A model generated the notes under the pieces. That model made no database searches. It worked only from the letters and a program-made list of their open reading frames with translations, and was not told the DNA's origin. DNA of 64,000 nucleotides. Source: a virus. How positions within the stretch are numbered: the first letter of the stretch is position 1; every line of letters starts with the position of its first letter. Where the stretch lies: IMG/VR virus record IMGVR_UViG_3300032293_001631, positions 31,477 through 95,476 of that record. One strand, 5' to 3'. Positions 11,801 through 20,042 of the stretch are shown here, piece after piece. Made by a program: the position numbers and the translations under genes.

Positions 11801-12645
11801 CTGGAAAATTGGTTTGGATGAAGATGTGTGGAGGATCTTCAGGAGATACTGCTCACGATGTTGAAAGTGACTCAGAGGAGAATGTTTATATTACTGGATC
11901 CTACACATCTGGAGCATACTTCTCTCCGGTAGAGCTTGAATCTAGAGGAGGAACTGACATATACTTAACTAAATTCAATAAGGACGGATTACTTGTTGAT
12001 ATAGTTACTGCTGGAGGAATAAACAATGACTCTGGGGCTGATTTAGTACTCGATAAGGAAGAAAATATTTACATAACTGGATATTTTGACGGAGAAGCTG
12101 AATTCTCACCTTATGTGGTTCTTTCTCCTCCTGGAGGTAGCTTAGATGCTTTCCTTGGTAAAATACCTAAACAAAGATTCCAGTCTGGGTTAAAAATAGG
12201 AGGAGTTCAATCTTGGCTAGGATCTCACTCTTGGTCTTGGAGGGAAGAGAAATTTTATCAAGAAGAGTTTGAAATACCTTTGGCTACTACTATATTTATA
12301 AATCCAATAGATTCTTTAATCCCTGGTAAGAAAGATCATATATGGACTCTTACAGATACAGAAAATGGAAATGTTATAGTCAAGATAAGAAAAACACCTT
12401 ATTTCATATGGACTTTCCTAGAACCAGGATTCTACACTATATCCTGTGAGCTACAAGATGCCAATGGAAACATATATCAAACAGAACACAAGGGCAAAAT
12501 AAGGGTAATAGATCATAAATCTCCTTTTGCTGGTGACCTAACACCTGAAGTAGTTAATCCTAGCGATTATTTAATCAGATCAATATACTACGACAGAAAG
12601 GATTTAGGATTCCCTCCTTATTCAAGATTTGATATAGGATCTTAA
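5866..12645 (+). CDS. Giant virion/baseplate protein (gp7-like position) with PKD-like domains and two beta-propeller regions
   Basis: 2259 aa; GSYKSLFNAIKFFGY (baseplate gp7/P2 gpI-like), Reg_prop-like repeats (NSGLPDNDVYSIELDKLDHKWIG), SBBP-like repeats (DSEENVYITGSY, DKEENIYITGYF). Confidence 0.7.
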   Translation: MAFENLLFFNKKGDQYNFKWNGEYWEGSVLFEVVSEKLFEIEHIFVIEKFLNPSSEIKYGFPHSYGVSPGAPVWRTRWVSNYDGRTNVESIIYTYELGVDGNLDAPILVKSNNIEFYPEVVSGDTISSPGGIVISNDINPSSMQINIALNSNTEGIYDRTLILEDYTDPNNPVTIMSINFHGEVEGEDSRLSVILGNFGRSFNPDDAFIVRESDIKEEFPDYEIINKKRKELLLTGESIFPYLGSYKSLFNAIKFFGYYDLRVKEYWLNIKKDDADTLTPLQQNQKILDQLSQPNLEGQSKLELISSLIKDENEGKYKQVEIYGKKKDGTFGLKKQLDKIFPSKSYKKTALFGLFYDINRVVEDQDEDQYGYPIVEDSFLFSPEEVLIKLFGLKERLKRDYLPLNARIIDITGEGVYFNIYKTRGWTDSVDISEIKGGIEVDFTVFPNEGYIEDLRPFYTKPNQSGLLYPAVNGTEAGISLYGNTVDPYSFFQKYPKSAIPALETAVRSFYDDVKSGEMPKFLGDGDYDPPGYKLFSDSSDYVFPAGCPIIITNNTFDLSWEEISGSWTSFDTTITLTDLDIASYTSTASQNPGGPLQNAYSTDTFTLPDTFPSNTTINIGTGKDWFSTTSPEVIFVRVESVDSPGNLVLGYCSSGDYNTLTGDLYIEFVYTRGSGEYSNWKVSPTNIKFSSYVFDYYQNFVHSNGFYSWDRIPYLDFYEIEWTIYKDDDDKPYYFQITGDLPGLDTLVHFLPYDGEYNVKCRVWDTLNSISLGIKRGIVKVDKRGIELNTITRFRESEIYNWDNMPLKWDSYFSQWIFPVENTSNLLDISQFIQNYPEYSNNFNEGQQCEVLTKLPEVKATATFDIGADEIGISSIVSSYNGSGYDLATVTTLTPHGYSSGSTVWIYDAAGAPYGQYPITVTGSNTFEIPDIIITPISGGNVYGSGTINIIIDSVQVASCNFQGDLNSTTSLLYSIINASPINPKYKVVSLVDSVIPGYKTFTIQAPNNSGSLWNGKSVIIQVTGSILASPISTSFSGGVNETESYVPYDFVTIPKKEMKYWGTKRLSWETFEDFAFEKAYAHTWDMYDYHNDWLGGFDLYSLQYGDRIRVTSDSSGIILTETDSPNNNYLDLEEAADQLNNSGDVNIDRFDYTVRGFSALPNNFYINSNPISPDLSTNPGPKNITSKFFKIPTYSPVLFEPTGLAWDADGDIWVTGEDVIKFDGLNYTTYDSTNSVMPGVSILTNCIKIDRNDVKWIGVENSLTPLVKIDDRDPSNSLAYSVSDFVDNGGNPVSPITASSINAIEINPQSGDIFAAFTCNSSPSFDGLLFYDSHANSWGLYTTANSDIPSDNIRDLRLEYYGINKWYLWIATDNGLSRFNGVNFKNYNDGNSGLPDNDVYSIELDKLDHKWIGTGSSLVYWDNTRWAVWNNGTNPEISTGKFGNIVETGNANIWFTIDQGSSPGNAELYFFDGYFFTKVLYRNDGISLINPCNVLHGKTLLSAPWKTIKNGETTYPRNLIFLTEDGEIGKLDYIIPHVHASSKISDVQGWDFVYHESSTPLPSIEYIYNSAIGNSQLGFSFVVGPFNDNITLNSDYTRPVMPNVDRYSWYKPVWQRYNIDRLKDQFPSLNLDHVFLYAPLRDIIEGKATKEPYWKNSQIERIAQKKSRDLFENFEWVITLGNSDPDQGVKVTVDNEGDIIAIGDFNGTIFMGEVNNIGTQDVYLTTLDQGVYIAKYNKGGVLQWARSIDSTSPQGPIFGRSVVTDEGGNIYVVCDNNLTGFIEINKYNSGGDLLNIINIPVTPSQFLGDIKVDKYENVYICGGFEGTLNLGIYTLTSSGQDSGFVAKLDSTLNFVWAKQLTDGTYSKANEIAILKEEYLYLTGVFETEINLDPIQLSGVGNPDMFVAKIYTGDGTCLWADSFAYNASTSFTDTSICVDPKGHVLITGSFQGTIEIEDKQLSSFPGVNDIFLIKLLSTGKLVWMKMCGGSSGDTAHDVESDSEENVYITGSYTSGAYFSPVELESRGGTDIYLTKFNKDGLLVDIVTAGGINNDSGADLVLDKEENIYITGYFDGEAEFSPYVVLSPPGGSLDAFLGKIPKQRFQSGLKIGGVQSWLGSHSWSWREEKFYQEEFEIPLATTIFINPIDSLIPGKKDHIWTLTDTENGNVIVKIRKTPYFIWTFLEPGFYTISCELQDANGNIYQTEHKGKIRVIDHKSPFAGDLTPEVVNPSDYLIRSIYYDRKDLGFPPYSRFDIGS

Positions 12646-13313
12646 GTAGTATATTCTCTATAAACATCAAGAATTTCAGGAACTATAGGATGCCTGTGGT
12701 TTTTCTTTAATGTAATAACCTTAACACCAGGGACTCTTGCTGCAAGTGTATTCATAAAATCTAGACCTGATTCTTTCTTGTTTTTTAAATCGATCTGAGA
12801 TGTGTCCCCACATATCATTATTTTAGATCCTATACCAAGTCTACCAAGAACCATTTCCATTTGACTCATAGTTACGTTTTGAGCCTCATCTACTATTACA
12901 CAAGAATTAACCAATGTTCTACCTCTCATGAATGGGAAGGGAAGAATTTCGATGATACCCTCACTGAGTAATTTTTCTATTTTGGTTTTATCGTAGACCA
13001 TTTCTAGATTAGCATAAATAGGGGCTAACCAAGGATCCATTTTCTCCTTTAAATCTCCAGGAAGAAATCCGATATCTTCTTTTGCAACAGTTGGTCTAGT
13101 GATAACTAGCTTTTCTATTTCCCTGTTGAATAACATATCCAAAGCTATCTGGACCGCTAATAAAGTTTTACCCGAACCTGCTGCTCCTTTTAAAACGTTA
13201 ACTGGGTTTTCCAGTATGATGGCTTTAGCATCTTTTTGCTCCTCGTTTAAATTGATTTTAAATTTAATGGGATTTTTTGGTTTTCTCTTTTGAGTCCAAT
13301 TGCTTCCTGTCAT
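12642..13313 (-). CDS. phoH: PhoH-like ATPase
   Basis: GAAGSGKT, ITRPTV, GFLPGDLKEKMDPW, FMRGRT, IVDEAQN, GDTSQIDL, RHPIV. Confidence 0.95.
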   Translation of the reverse strand: MTGSNWTQKRKPKNPIKFKINLNEEQKDAKAIILENPVNVLKGAAGSGKTLLAVQIALDMLFNREIEKLVITRPTVAKEDIGFLPGDLKEKMDPWLAPIYANLEMVYDKTKIEKLLSEGIIEILPFPFMRGRTLVNSCVIVDEAQNVTMSQMEMVLGRLGIGSKIMICGDTSQIDLKNKKESGLDFMNTLAARVPGVKVITLKKNHRHPIVPEILDVYREYTT

Positions 13314-13397
13314 AAGATTTTTTTTATTTTGAGAAACATATTCGATATTTCTCAGTTTAATAATTATCCCTGTCTTTTCTTAAAGTATTAAGTACAG

Positions 13398-13405
13398 GAT
13401 ATATA
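13398..13405 (+). promoter_or_regulatory. GATATATA late-type promoter motif
   Basis: Recurring intergenic motif, upstream of the structural operon starting at 13425. Confidence 0.65.
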
Positions 13406-13424
13406 TCAAAAAAAGAAAAATCAA

Positions 13425-14342
13425 ATGGCAATTACAATTACCGAAATCCTTGGAACAGATTCTATTTCCGGATCAAGATTAACTATTAATGCTAACTTTT
13501 TGCTATTAGAGAATGCCTACAACGATCTAGAAAACACTTTTAATATAAATGTGTTAACTGGATCACTAGACGTTTCTAGTGCTTCAAGCGGGCAAATTAA
13601 ATCAAAATCAATGCTAACAAATAGTTTGGTTATGCCCGCTTCGGGATCACCAACTATACAGATATACGGAACTGGAGCGAGTGGTGGATCTGTAATTGCA
13701 TCTAATACAATTGCTGGAGCAACTGGTATTTTTTCCAACGTTCTTCAAGCTAATGTGTTAGGAGCATCTGGAACTGCTACTTTTGGAGCTACTGCTACTT
13801 TCCAATCAGTAGTTAATCTGGAGGGAAGAACTAGCATAGGAGCATCTGGAAATTTTGTTAACACAAATAGAAAAGCAACTGTAGGATCAACAACAGCTTT
13901 CCCTTCTGCACCAGGAGCTGGTGTTACTGGAACTTATTCCACACCTTATCAATTAACACTAACTGAAAATGTCATTTATATACAATCTGATTATGTTTCG
14001 ACTGCGCCTGCTGATGCTGCAAACTCTACAGGATTTTTCTTTTATGCAACAACAGGTGCTGGAGCAACTGCTTCTGATATTCCTGCAGGTTACACTTTAA
14101 CACTTATAGACGCTGCGACATCTACTGGATTGATAGCTACTGGTGTTACTGGACCTTCACCTTACTACTACACAGGATTCTCAACTGGTGACGGCTCATA
14201 CACAGATCCTTCTATACAAACACCTGGAAATCAGTATAAGTCTTCGTTTACTATTATGTGGGAGCCTAGAATAGACCAATCCTCAGGTACACAAAAAGGA
14301 TCTTGGGTATTGGTATCTGATACACAAGGATTCACATACTAA
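13425..14342 (+). CDS. Virion structural/fibre-like protein, Gly/Ser/Thr/Ala-rich
   Basis: N-terminal TDSISGSRLTINANF attachment-like motif; GASG/GATG-rich. Confidence 0.6.
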   Translation: MAITITEILGTDSISGSRLTINANFLLLENAYNDLENTFNINVLTGSLDVSSASSGQIKSKSMLTNSLVMPASGSPTIQIYGTGASGGSVIASNTIAGATGIFSNVLQANVLGASGTATFGATATFQSVVNLEGRTSIGASGNFVNTNRKATVGSTTAFPSAPGAGVTGTYSTPYQLTLTENVIYIQSDYVSTAPADAANSTGFFFYATTGAGATASDIPAGYTLTLIDAATSTGLIATGVTGPSPYYYTGFSTGDGSYTDPSIQTPGNQYKSSFTIMWEPRIDQSSGTQKGSWVLVSDTQGFTY

Positions 14343-14356
14343 TTAAGTATCAATAA

Positions 14357-16540
14357 ATGGCAAAAACACCTTATATAAGACCCATAGCAGTTCAGGGAGG
14401 TACATTCTATACCTTCTCTTCTGCTGCGGAAGATCTATCTTTAACATTCAATAATTCATTAAAGAAGTTCTCTTTTTCTAAATATGCTTTATTAAAGCTT
14501 CCTGAATTTGGATCTCCAACATACGGAGAGAATACAATTCAGTTCAATGCTATAGATACTACATTTTTAGATGCTGCAGAAGGTGATTTTATTCTTACCA
14601 ACCCGAATAACTTAAGTCCTTCTCCTGAGATATCATTTCAGAATTACTGTTTAAATCTAGAATCAACTGTTATATCAGATCCTAATTACAATCCAGATTT
14701 AAAAAGAAATGTATCAGAGAGAGTTTTTTGGAAATGGGTTAAAGAGCTAGGTGGTGTAAGATATAGAGCTGCCAATAATAATGAGGTGGTAGCTTCTTTA
14801 AACCAAACAACTACTACCACTAAAGATGGATTTCCATATTCAGATAAAAGATGGGTAGAGGAGGATACATTCCTAACAGGTAACGGATCACCTACCCCAA
14901 GATATGAAAGAATTGTTCAATACGTAGGTGATATTGATGTTGTAAATTCCGTACAGAATTCAGAAAACGCGTATTCCGAGGTTTATATACATGTACCAAC
15001 TGGTGATGGAGGAACTCCTTATGTTCTTTTTAAAACTGTAGCGGATGAGAACTATTACCCAGACCGTACTTGGACACATTTACCAGCGGATCCAACAGAC
15101 ACCGAATATTTACAAGGCAGAGATTCTGCTTCCGGTTTATATGGTCCTAATGGATTACCTAAGCTGGCAATATTTGATCAGGACGTATTAGGAGATCCTG
15201 GAGTTAGTGGTGCATCTGCTACTGGATCATTTTCTAATAACTGGTATTCACCAAGGGATGAGGCTAATTCATATTTTACTGATCCCTCTTTCTTTGACAA
15301 TACTAACTACACATTAGAAAAATATTTAGCTGCTTCAGGACCTACTGGTTATACTGTAACATACAAGAGAAGTAATTTAGATGGTGTACAAATTGATTTT
15401 GATCCTGCATCTTACAAAGCAATTCAAAACTACGTTGGGATATCAACAATAGAAGAGTGGAACGGTACTCCAATTACTACTTCTTTTGAGTTTAATGCAG
15501 TTCTAGTTTATTACGATGTATACGATCCTAATAATCCCACGGATTCAGAAACAAATCTATACGGTATACTTTTTCTAAATGATCCGGAGCCTGTATCTAC
15601 AAATGCAGCTAAGCTACCAACATTTAAGAAATTCAAGCCAGATCCTATAACAAAATTAAACGGTAATTCTTACGGATTTAAGATAAATCTAAAGTTTGAT
15701 ACTGATGTAGAAAGTACTGGGGTTGAACAAGCGATAAATGATTATTCATCATTCTCTCTATCTATTTTCATGGATGCTGCTACTGTTTTACAGGATGCTG
15801 CTAAAAATCTAAACGATAGAACACTTCAGATCATTAATATGCAACAAGATATTAATGACCTTAAGGATCTAATAATAAACACTGATGATAGTAATGAAAT
15901 AAAAGCAAGATTGGATGTAGTAGAAGCTTCTCTGCAAGCTAATCAGGCTCTATTTGATAACACTCAGGATATTTTAAGTCTAATCGAACAGAATACTGAT
16001 AGTATACAAAATATCTTACAAAACCAAACTTCCATCAACATGTCTTATAATCTAGACCTGTTAAAAGATGGGAATGGAACTTCTGTAAACAGAAATACAC
16101 CTAACATATTAAAGGTTGATGTAACACAGCAAGATTATAATATAGGTAACAGTTCATTGTTTACAATAAATCCAGTTTCAGGTAATACTGTTCCTCTATC
16201 TCTATACACCAATTATTTAAAACATAAAAATAATGGGGTATCTATAACTGCCACTAATGATATAGTTATAAGAATAGATGATAGCTTAAATAAATGGCAA
16301 AAAGGACAGGTAATAAGATTTGTAATAGGAGATGAGATCGATCTCGGAAACTATTCAATAGTTATCCTTACAGATGCTTTAGGAGAATATCCTAAAACTA
16401 ATCCTTCTGGTGTACCATATTCAGTAGTTGTTGCTGGATTCTTAAACGTTCAGTTTTCTAGTTCTGGATATAAACCAATATTTGATATTGTTTGTGTAGA
16501 CGAGAAAAACTTAATATTTGAAATCGATCAAATAAGATAA
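14357..16540 (+). CDS. Putative virion structural protein with central coiled coil
   Basis: 727 aa within the structural operon; heptad-rich segment LQDAAKNLNDRT... Confidence 0.6.
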   Translation: MAKTPYIRPIAVQGGTFYTFSSAAEDLSLTFNNSLKKFSFSKYALLKLPEFGSPTYGENTIQFNAIDTTFLDAAEGDFILTNPNNLSPSPEISFQNYCLNLESTVISDPNYNPDLKRNVSERVFWKWVKELGGVRYRAANNNEVVASLNQTTTTTKDGFPYSDKRWVEEDTFLTGNGSPTPRYERIVQYVGDIDVVNSVQNSENAYSEVYIHVPTGDGGTPYVLFKTVADENYYPDRTWTHLPADPTDTEYLQGRDSASGLYGPNGLPKLAIFDQDVLGDPGVSGASATGSFSNNWYSPRDEANSYFTDPSFFDNTNYTLEKYLAASGPTGYTVTYKRSNLDGVQIDFDPASYKAIQNYVGISTIEEWNGTPITTSFEFNAVLVYYDVYDPNNPTDSETNLYGILFLNDPEPVSTNAAKLPTFKKFKPDPITKLNGNSYGFKINLKFDTDVESTGVEQAINDYSSFSLSIFMDAATVLQDAAKNLNDRTLQIINMQQDINDLKDLIINTDDSNEIKARLDVVEASLQANQALFDNTQDILSLIEQNTDSIQNILQNQTSINMSYNLDLLKDGNGTSVNRNTPNILKVDVTQQDYNIGNSSLFTINPVSGNTVPLSLYTNYLKHKNNGVSITATNDIVIRIDDSLNKWQKGQVIRFVIGDEIDLGNYSIVILTDALGEYPKTNPSGVPYSVVVAGFLNVQFSSSGYKPIFDIVCVDEKNLIFEIDQIR

Positions 16541-16544
16541 AAAA

Positions 16545-19500
16545 ATGTCGAATACTAAAAATTCATTCTCATCATTAATAGCACAGTTTCTTAGACTCCA
16601 AAAGAACTCTTTGGAGATAATAAACAAATTAAATGATGTAACTACATCTTCTAAAGATTCTGTGGAGATAGAATTTCTGATGGATGATAATACATCGGAG
16701 AATATACAGGTTCCTTCCTTTGGTTACTTAAAAACCGAAATTAATAGACTAGATCAGAACATCAAGGCTCTTTCTGGATTAGATGATAATAAAGCTAATG
16801 TTAGAAATCCAGATGGTACAGTAGCAAAAATATATCAGTCCAGAACATTAACTGATCCATCATCTCCTACTAGTTTACAGATACCTTCTACTTTCCAAGC
16901 TAGAAATAACTGGTTTTTTGAATCTTTTTTAAATCCACTTCTCTATATAGAAATCGATGTTGAAAATCAAATACCAGAAAATTCAGAGAGCGTTTATGTA
17001 AAAAGAGTTATAGCTAATACACAATCTGATGTACAGAAGCAGTACTTTGATAATAACTTAAAAGGACGTAACGATTTAACAGATTCTGACTTTATAGCAT
17101 CTTTAGAGAGCCAAGGCATACAATACTTTATAGACGAGCAAATAAACAGTTTAGACTTAAGAACAGTAAGATTTACTGGATCTTTTGGAGTTCTTAGAAT
17201 ATTTGACGAGGAAGTACAAACTACAGTTGATGGGGTTACTACTACCACTACAGTTAGAAAGTATAAGCTTAACGGAATTAGATACACTGATAACTTATCA
17301 GATACCGAAAATTCAAGAACATTAGCAAAAGGTGATTTACTTATAACTAGTGGAGGAACTAAATACGAGATAAGCTCAATAGACGTAAGTGATCAAACTG
17401 TTGTACTAAAAAGACTATTTGGATTCGAACCTATTAAGATAGGTGATGCCTCATTAACAATCTATTCAAATGTTTTATCAAATAGACAAGTAGAAATAAA
17501 TGTTGGGTTTGACGAGAGACAGGGCGTATTTATAAAATCTATAGATGGGGACTTTAATGTCGCAGCTAGTAAATATAGCCCAGGAATTTGCTTCTGGTCT
17601 AATGAATTACAGATAAGCACTTCAGATGGAGTAAAAACATTGGAGGAATTTTATAATTCACAGGTTTCGGATTTCGGTAAAATATTTATAGCTGCTGCTA
17701 AAGAAAATACCATACCTGCTGTTTATGGGCAATCTCCATCTGCTCCGGTAGTTTCCACAGATAACTTTAAAGTAGTTAAGGTAAATTCTCAGGTAACTGA
17801 TTCCAAAGAGAACAATTCTTTTAAAGATAAGATAAAGATTAAAACCACTTTAAAGAATGAAGTAGAATCAATAGATAGAGCTATAGATCAGACAAGAAAA
17901 CAACTTTCTGAATTAACTACGACATCTAGTTCAAAAACACCTAATGCGGAGTTTAAAAAATTAAATGATAAGATATTAACTCTTACTAAAGATAAGGGTT
18001 CTAAAACAGATCTTTTATCTACTACGATAACGGAGATAAACAACTTAATAATAGCAGTTCCGGAATTAACGGAAGCTCCTAAATACAGAGTTAGGGGATT
18101 CTGGCCAATACCTGAACCTATATCTGATCCTAAAACAGGAGAACAAAATATAGTTCAGTTTAATGTAAGATATAGATATCTTTCTCTAACCGGGAATCCT
18201 AATGGCGTTGAACAGATAGATTACATCGATAATAATGGAGTTCAAAAGACTGGACAATTTACAAACTGGACTCAGTTTAAAACTGATGTAAGAAAGAAAG
18301 TATATGATATTAATACTGGAACTTATATTTGGCAAATAGAGGACGTTAGCGACGCTAATACAGTAAATATAAATCAATTAGATATTCCTATAACCAAGGG
18401 AGAAAAGGTAGAGATACAAGTTCAATCAATATCTGAGGCTGGCTGGCCTACTAACCCTTTAACTTCCGATTGGTCAACGTCAGCTATTGTCGATTTTCCA
18501 CCGGATTTAGTTGTACAAATAGATAACACTTCTTTTGTTTCACAGAACAACACAGATAATGCAGTAGTTAAAATTCAGGAAGATCTACAAGCAAAAGGAT
18601 TAGATCAGCATTTATCTACTCAATTTACTTCTGGTGATAAGTTTTATGCACATAATTCTTCTGTTATAGCATCTGGATTCTTTGATTCAACTGGTAAAGC
18701 TTTAGATCTTTTCCAGAAGCTTACACAAATTGATAATGAATTACAGTCGCTAAGAGCTTTGATAGCAAAAGCAAAAGGAACTTTAGGTGTTTATATAAGA
18801 AATGGAAGCACTTCAAACAAAGTAAATCCTGGAAGTACGGTAAACCTTTTTGCTGGATATTATGATCAATTAATAGATCTTACAAATCCTAATAACAAAG
18901 GTAAGATTGCATCTGTTGTTTATTATGTAGAATTAAGAAACGAAGCAGCAACTCCTTTAGAATTATCATCTCTTATTCCAGGAGGACAAGGAGTAAAAGC
19001 TCCTAATACTATATCAAGTCAGACCGATTACAATAATAATAGAAAATATGGGGAAACCCCTATTCAGCTTTCCGGAATAACAGACGCAGATGTTAATGTT
19101 TCTTCCCCTGGAGCATTTATTCAAGCTTCTGGGTATCAGAGTGGAAATGCTTATTCTCAATTCATATATCCTAGATATAAATCTTCTGGATTGGATGAGA
19201 ATCTATATTTTACGCCTCCGACATCATTAGCTTGGAATATAAATGACGGATCCCTAGTAGGTACTAGCCAACTTCCTATAGATAACAATGGGGTATTAAT
19301 ACCTTTCAGACCAGATACAACTTCAGTTACTGGAGCGGGTTCCAATGCTAATATTTGGGCAGGGACTTATACTTCTTTTGCTCCGGACGGAAATGGTAAC
19401 TTAAATGAATTTTGTATCCACGTTTCTCACCCAGATATAAGCTCGGGAGTTCCTATTTTCGTAAATCTTGTGAATCCTTCAGTTTCACCATCTGGTCCTA

Positions 19501-20039
19501 TGCAATATCCTGCATTTAGACATGCCCTAGGATTTGAAACCGATACAAATACTACTACTTCAGTTCCTGGATTTCAAACTGCTCCATATCAGCAGTTGGA
19601 ATATTATCCAGCACTATCTAGTTCTAGTTTCGGTGTTAATAACAGCGCTTATCCTAACAAATTAGGATTTGTTGAGTCGGATGAATTCTTATGTGGTAAG
19701 TTCTCTTGTGGATCATATCTTTTCTTATCACCAACTAATCATACTGCAGTTCAAATAGAAGGCTCAACACAACTTGCCAAGAAGACGCTAGATTTTGGAC
19801 AGGAGAATGCTATAACTGTTCCTCTTATATTCCAAATGAGAGCTCAAGATAAATTAGGATTTGTTGGAGGATGGAGATCTGCTGGTAATCTTAAGAATAT
19901 TACCTACACTAAGAAAATTGGAATAGATATACAGGTGAAGAACGAGGATCTTTTCTCTTTCGATATTCTTGTAACGGGAAGTTATACTAAGACATCTCTA
20001 GTTTCACCAGCTTATTCACAAAGTAAGAAAACTATTTAA
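16545..20039 (+). CDS. Putative virion structural protein
   Basis: 1164 aa with coiled-coil and beta-rich segments, in the structural operon. Confidence 0.6.
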   Translation: MSNTKNSFSSLIAQFLRLQKNSLEIINKLNDVTTSSKDSVEIEFLMDDNTSENIQVPSFGYLKTEINRLDQNIKALSGLDDNKANVRNPDGTVAKIYQSRTLTDPSSPTSLQIPSTFQARNNWFFESFLNPLLYIEIDVENQIPENSESVYVKRVIANTQSDVQKQYFDNNLKGRNDLTDSDFIASLESQGIQYFIDEQINSLDLRTVRFTGSFGVLRIFDEEVQTTVDGVTTTTTVRKYKLNGIRYTDNLSDTENSRTLAKGDLLITSGGTKYEISSIDVSDQTVVLKRLFGFEPIKIGDASLTIYSNVLSNRQVEINVGFDERQGVFIKSIDGDFNVAASKYSPGICFWSNELQISTSDGVKTLEEFYNSQVSDFGKIFIAAAKENTIPAVYGQSPSAPVVSTDNFKVVKVNSQVTDSKENNSFKDKIKIKTTLKNEVESIDRAIDQTRKQLSELTTTSSSKTPNAEFKKLNDKILTLTKDKGSKTDLLSTTITEINNLIIAVPELTEAPKYRVRGFWPIPEPISDPKTGEQNIVQFNVRYRYLSLTGNPNGVEQIDYIDNNGVQKTGQFTNWTQFKTDVRKKVYDINTGTYIWQIEDVSDANTVNINQLDIPITKGEKVEIQVQSISEAGWPTNPLTSDWSTSAIVDFPPDLVVQIDNTSFVSQNNTDNAVVKIQEDLQAKGLDQHLSTQFTSGDKFYAHNSSVIASGFFDSTGKALDLFQKLTQIDNELQSLRALIAKAKGTLGVYIRNGSTSNKVNPGSTVNLFAGYYDQLIDLTNPNNKGKIASVVYYVELRNEAATPLELSSLIPGGQGVKAPNTISSQTDYNNNRKYGETPIQLSGITDADVNVSSPGAFIQASGYQSGNAYSQFIYPRYKSSGLDENLYFTPPTSLAWNINDGSLVGTSQLPIDNNGVLIPFRPDTTSVTGAGSNANIWAGTYTSFAPDGNGNLNEFCIHVSHPDISSGVPIFVNLVNPSVSPSGPMQYPAFRHALGFETDTNTTTSVPGFQTAPYQQLEYYPALSSSSFGVNNSAYPNKLGFVESDEFLCGKFSCGSYLFLSPTNHTAVQIEGSTQLAKKTLDFGQENAITVPLIFQMRAQDKLGFVGGWRSAGNLKNITYTKKIGIDIQVKNEDLFSFDILVTGSYTKTSLVSPAYSQSKKTI

Positions 20040-20042
20040 TAA

